Source of the DNA: Basidiobolus meristosporus CBS 931.73
Lineage: Eukaryota; Fungi; Basidiobolomycota
Assembly: GCA_002104905.1 (NCBI GenBank)
Contig: MCFE01000449.1
Location: 1-64,000, forward strand
Direction: 5' to 3'
Length of the DNA: 64,000 nt
Part shown: positions 60,001 through 64,000 of the stretch, in pieces
Layout of the letters: the number at the start of each line of letters is the position of its first letter
How positions within the stretch are numbered: the first letter of the stretch is position 1
Program-made: the position numbers and the translations under genes
Notes under the pieces: model-generated
Databases searched by the model: none
Told to the model about the DNA's origin: nothing
The model's input: the letters and a program-made list of their open reading frames with translations, nothing else

Positions 60001-61967
60001 CCCTGTTGCCTTTGAATCCAAGAAACTGAACACAGCAGAACAAAACTATCCAGTCCATGAGAAAGAGATGCTTGCTATAATACACTGTTTGAAGACATGG
60101 AGATGCTATATTGAAGGAGTCAAATGCACTGTGAAGACTGATCATGCCTCCCTCAAGTATATATTTACTCAGAAGGTACTCTCTACATAAATGACAAGAT
60201 GGAGGAATACAATCAGCAATTTGACTTATATATTGTCTACAGCCCTGGAAAAAACAACACAGTTGCTGATGCCTTATCAAGATTAGATCAAGTTGCACAA
60301 CTCAACTTGGTGCATGAATCAGATTGGCCTAGCCTATCAGCAAAGTACTAGGAGGACCAAGCCATTCCTTATGAGGTAGATGAAGATATCAAGAAGATAA
60401 TCTTGGATGAAGCCAGCAAATTTGTAGTACAGGATGAAACACTCTACCAAATTGTTGATGGAAACCCTATTGCCTATTGACCCTATGTTTCTTGCCTGGA
60501 TTTAATACATAAGCTACACATTGGATATGGACATCTTGGAATTGAAGGGACCTATAGTCTTGTGAAAGCCAGAGTATGGTGGCCCAGAATGATACAAGAC
60601 ATTGAGAAGCTAGTGAAAACATGCCTAAATTGCCAAATCAACCAAGGCCAATCACAGAGAATTGCTGAACTCTTTCCCTTGTAGCCTGTAAGACCATTAG
60701 AAAGATGGGGAATAGACATTATTAGAAGACTGCCAGCTACCAGGAAATGCCACCGCTGGATCCTATTAGCAATTGGCCCTGCTACAAACAGCCCAGTGGC
60801 TAAAGCTGTACCTATAGCCAGTGAACAAGAAGTTGCAAATTTCAACTACCATGAGATCCTTATGAAGTTTGGATGCCCTGTAGAGATTCTATCCAATAGA
60901 GGTGCAAGCTTTGTGGTAAATACATTGGAAACCTACCTGGAAGTGCAGCAGATAAGACACCTGAAAACCTTGGCATATCACCCCAGAACTAATGGAGTCA
61001 CTGAGCGGTTTAATGGATTTTTTGGAGAAATGCTGACCAAGTATGCAAATGGAGTTGTAAGTAGATGGGATGAGTTTATAGATCAAGCACTCTTTGCATG
61101 CAGAGTCAGAGTACACAACGCCACCCAGCAATTATCATTTTACTTAGTGCATGGATGTGAACAAAGGATTCCAGGCAATCTCACACAACCAAAGCTTACA
61201 GACACCTTGAAAGATGAACTCAGTCAGCCAAGTAGACACTAGCAACTGGAACAATGAGGTCAAGAGGCACAGACCAAAGTATCTCAAAGTGCAGAAAAGA
61301 TGATGTAGATATTTGATAAGACTATAGCACCGGAAGCATTGACAGTTGGGAGCTTTGTATTGCTAAGAAACAACACTTGGAAGAAGTTTGAGCCATAATA
61401 GACAGGACCATTCAAGATCATCAGAGAACGTCCATTTGTAACTTTCCAACTAGTGGACAAATAAGGCAATATCTGGGAAGACTTAGTGCATAGGGACAGA
61501 CTCAATCTTGCAAGACTTGCTGATGATACTGAACCATTAAGGTATTGGTATCACAAGAAAAGAGATTCTGGAAAACCCTCTCAACTTTAGCAGGGGATAA
61601 TGTTATGATCTGCTGCATGAATGTTTAATTTAGATCAGTTTTTAGTCAAATCAACTAGTTATTTGATTTGGTTATCAGTAAATCAGTATTATCCGTCAAA
61701 TCAGTAACATCAATCAGCAAATGAATCAGCAGATCATTATCAGACAGAAATAGATATATTAGGTAGGATCTTATTGGGTGATGATGATGCAATCATATGA
61801 GTCATCAGCCACAGCATACATTGGGAAATACTATTAGTCAGCAATTGATCCTGCATAATGTATATAAGGAGCTGCTGGAATCTCAATAAAGATTAGTTCA
61901 AGTTTAGTGAGTACAATACTAGCTAAACTCCTATTCCCCTACTACTTGTATACCAAGATTTGTAACA
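57033..61967 (+). mobile_element. Full-length Ty3/Gypsy LTR retrotransposon (4,935 bp), inactivated
   Basis: LTRs 57033-57401 and 61601-61967 (TGTTATGA...TGTAACA). 4-bp TSD AGTA (57029-57032 and 61968-61971). PPT AGCAGGGGATAA. Gag has the zinc knuckle CFNCHQQGHIAKYC, followed by protease, RT/RNase H ORF 59195-60190 (MCIDYRALN, YPDDILIYS, TDTSDYAIG, EKEMLAII) and integrase (YHPRTNGVTERFN). No chromodomain is seen. Confidence 0.95.
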
Positions 61968-62480
61968 AGTATAAGGACCATAATAATGGATTTGGATACA
62001 TTTACAGTGGTATACTGAAATCAACCTGGTCTTACATGAAATAAATACAAAAGCCAACATGATTCTGGAACTTTGCTTATATTACGCATGATCCATGTTG
62101 GACTGTATTGATATGGAGCAGATCACATCAATCAAAGGTTTCCTATTTGGTTATAGACTTATGAGAAAATCATCAATAAATATTCATGTCCTTGTATGAG
62201 GATAAGTTTTGCCACATAATGCTGGGTTACATGGCAATTGATGGATATTCAGTCATAATGCAAGGGAAACCAGATAAATTAAGCCAATTGCGCCAAATCA
62301 ATCCATTTCACATCCAGTTGATCTCAAACAAATCTAATATAACTTGCTCATCTGAATGGTTGTTGCTCATCAATCCTATTACTATCACCAGATACTCTTT
62401 TGATACATAAGAGGAGATCTGTACCTAGTACTATGGACCATGTACCCTAATCTACACAAGGAGATCCATTGTTAAGCTGT

Positions 62481-64000
62481 TACAAGAAATTACTGTGATG
62501 ATCCTGTCAAAAGGCTGTCACAGATGTAGAGTCTTGTGACTAAGAGGTACTGATCCAGTCAGCACACTGCACAGACACCATTGAAAAATGATCACACCCC
62601 AAATTTGACAAAAAGTGTGATCAATGTTTTCCATCACAACAATAAATTTGTGACTTTTATTTGGTTTCCTGTCAGTTTGCTCACTTTCTGATCTCAGACA
62701 CTATATCATCACTAACATATGTGTACATTGATTGGCCATTGTCTCTTTTTCACACTCCTTACTTCCTGACTCAACTGTTTCTCTTACTTTTCATGAGTAC
62801 AAATTGATTTATTTCTGTTGAAACCTCAGTTGTGCCTCAATTGCCATTTATACTGACACACAAAATCCCTATACCCTACACTAACATTAAGCCTAACCCC
62901 ACGCCCAGCAAGTAACACCATTAAAATCTATCACTCAATAGGTATTTCTGCTGTAACACTCTGTTTCCATGACTTTTGCAGGAACCCAACAGCTTTAGGC
63001 CACTGTTCATTCACTGGTTACAACATGTGCTGGTCTTCAAACAGCATTACAAGGACCATCATCTCATCTGCCAGTCTTTGCAATAAATCCATGCACTATT
63101 TAAGTACATTTTTTTAAGCACTACTCTTGAAGAAGTGCTGCAATCTTTTGGTGTGCCTACTGATGTTCCAAAGTTCCACTGAAGGCATTGTGATGGTCAT
63201 TTGCATTCTTGATGCTAAAGCATAGTTGGTCAGTGAGTGAGGACTACACCCTGTCAACAATGGAAGATGTAAAGGCTTTGGTAGACAAATTGCCTTTTTC
63301 TGCAAATGCATCTGCCTTGCTGGAGTGTAGCTCAACTGGCTGAGCTACCAATTCTTGTGAAAACAGCTACTTTCCTGCTGCTCATTCTTCTTGGCTATGA
63401 TGGAATTCAGTCTGTTCCAGGCTTGAGGCATTAATTGGAAAGAACCACAGTCTTTTTACATGCTTCCCTGACTCAGGCTTGGATAGACATTTTCCCCTTT
63501 ACCTCTTCCTTTATCACTGCCAGGTCTTTCACCGCTACTTTGTATGAATGCTTCTTGTAATGAATTACATTTTCTCCTTGAAAAATTCTGCTCTGATGCA
63601 ACTGTCTTGGCCTGTTTGTCCCTTGTTGGCACTCTACTGGCAACCTGTCATTACTCTTCCACTTGTTTTGAGCTCTTAGCCCTAGTTGTGACAGACTCCT
63701 GAGAAAGCTGCTGGTCTATATCACTGCCTGGTCCTTAACTGCTACTTTGACTGAGGGCTTCTTGAGTGGTACTAGGCTTTTCCTGGATAAATGTTGTGCT
63801 GGTGCATCCATCATTGCCTGCTTGTTCTTTATTGTCACTCTTCCAGCTACCTGACACCTCTTTGATGCTTGTTTGGAGCTTTTGGCCCTGCTTGTAACAG
63901 GCTCTTGAGGAAGCTGCTGGTATTCAGCCATAGCACCCTTGTACTTGTGCCTTTTATAGTTTCTGCTATTCTTAAGATACTTTCTTGGCATACCAATGCT
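62481..64000 (-). mobile_element. Third CMC-family copy in inverted orientation (accessory gene and right end), running off the window
   Basis: Homologous to ~5590-7110. ORF 63716-63991 matches the 5313 ORF (KNSRNY...QEPV.SR.KS.KQASKRCQV). The terminus TACAAGAAATTACTGTGATG matches the right TIR region, but the terminal CCC is missing. Confidence 0.85.

Noticed and set aside
1-64000. CRISPR arrays, rRNA and prokaryotic operons
   Set aside because: There is no regularly spaced repeat-spacer array and no rRNA motif. The genes contain spliceosomal introns.

Overview
Eukaryotic genomic DNA, most likely from an early-diverging fungus (Mucoromycota/Zoopagomycota). This is an inference from the short GT-AG introns, a class II aldolase, a WxNNGNT-type WRKY domain, a secreted tyrosinase and Cys-free CAP proteins. 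The window has three compartments. (1) 1-8.2 kb is a CpG-depleted transposon nest: a Ty1/Copia relic split by a complete 4,357-bp CACTA/CMC-type DNA transposon (CCCTATGA TIRs, TTT TSD), then a second Copia end. (2) 8.2-37.6 kb is a CpG-normal gene island: two tandem CAP genes, tRNA-Arg(UCG), a crystallin-like small secreted protein, a Yap-like bZIP, a CCR4-family nuclease, MAG1, an FHA protein, FBA1, an MFS permease, a tyrosinase, a peroxiredoxin and a WRKY-like factor. (3) 37.6-64 kb is a CpG-depleted nest of Copia relics, two long related palindromes, a full-length Ty3/Gypsy element with paired LTRs and TSD, and further CMC copies. The most notable observations are a peroxiredoxin with Asp at the peroxidatic Cys position, a fungal WRKY-like gene, the pair of foldback palindromes with symmetric indels, a CMC element with a divergently oriented repeat-containing accessory gene, and the conversion-like CAP duplication. 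All exon models and alignments were read by eye, and no database searches were run.
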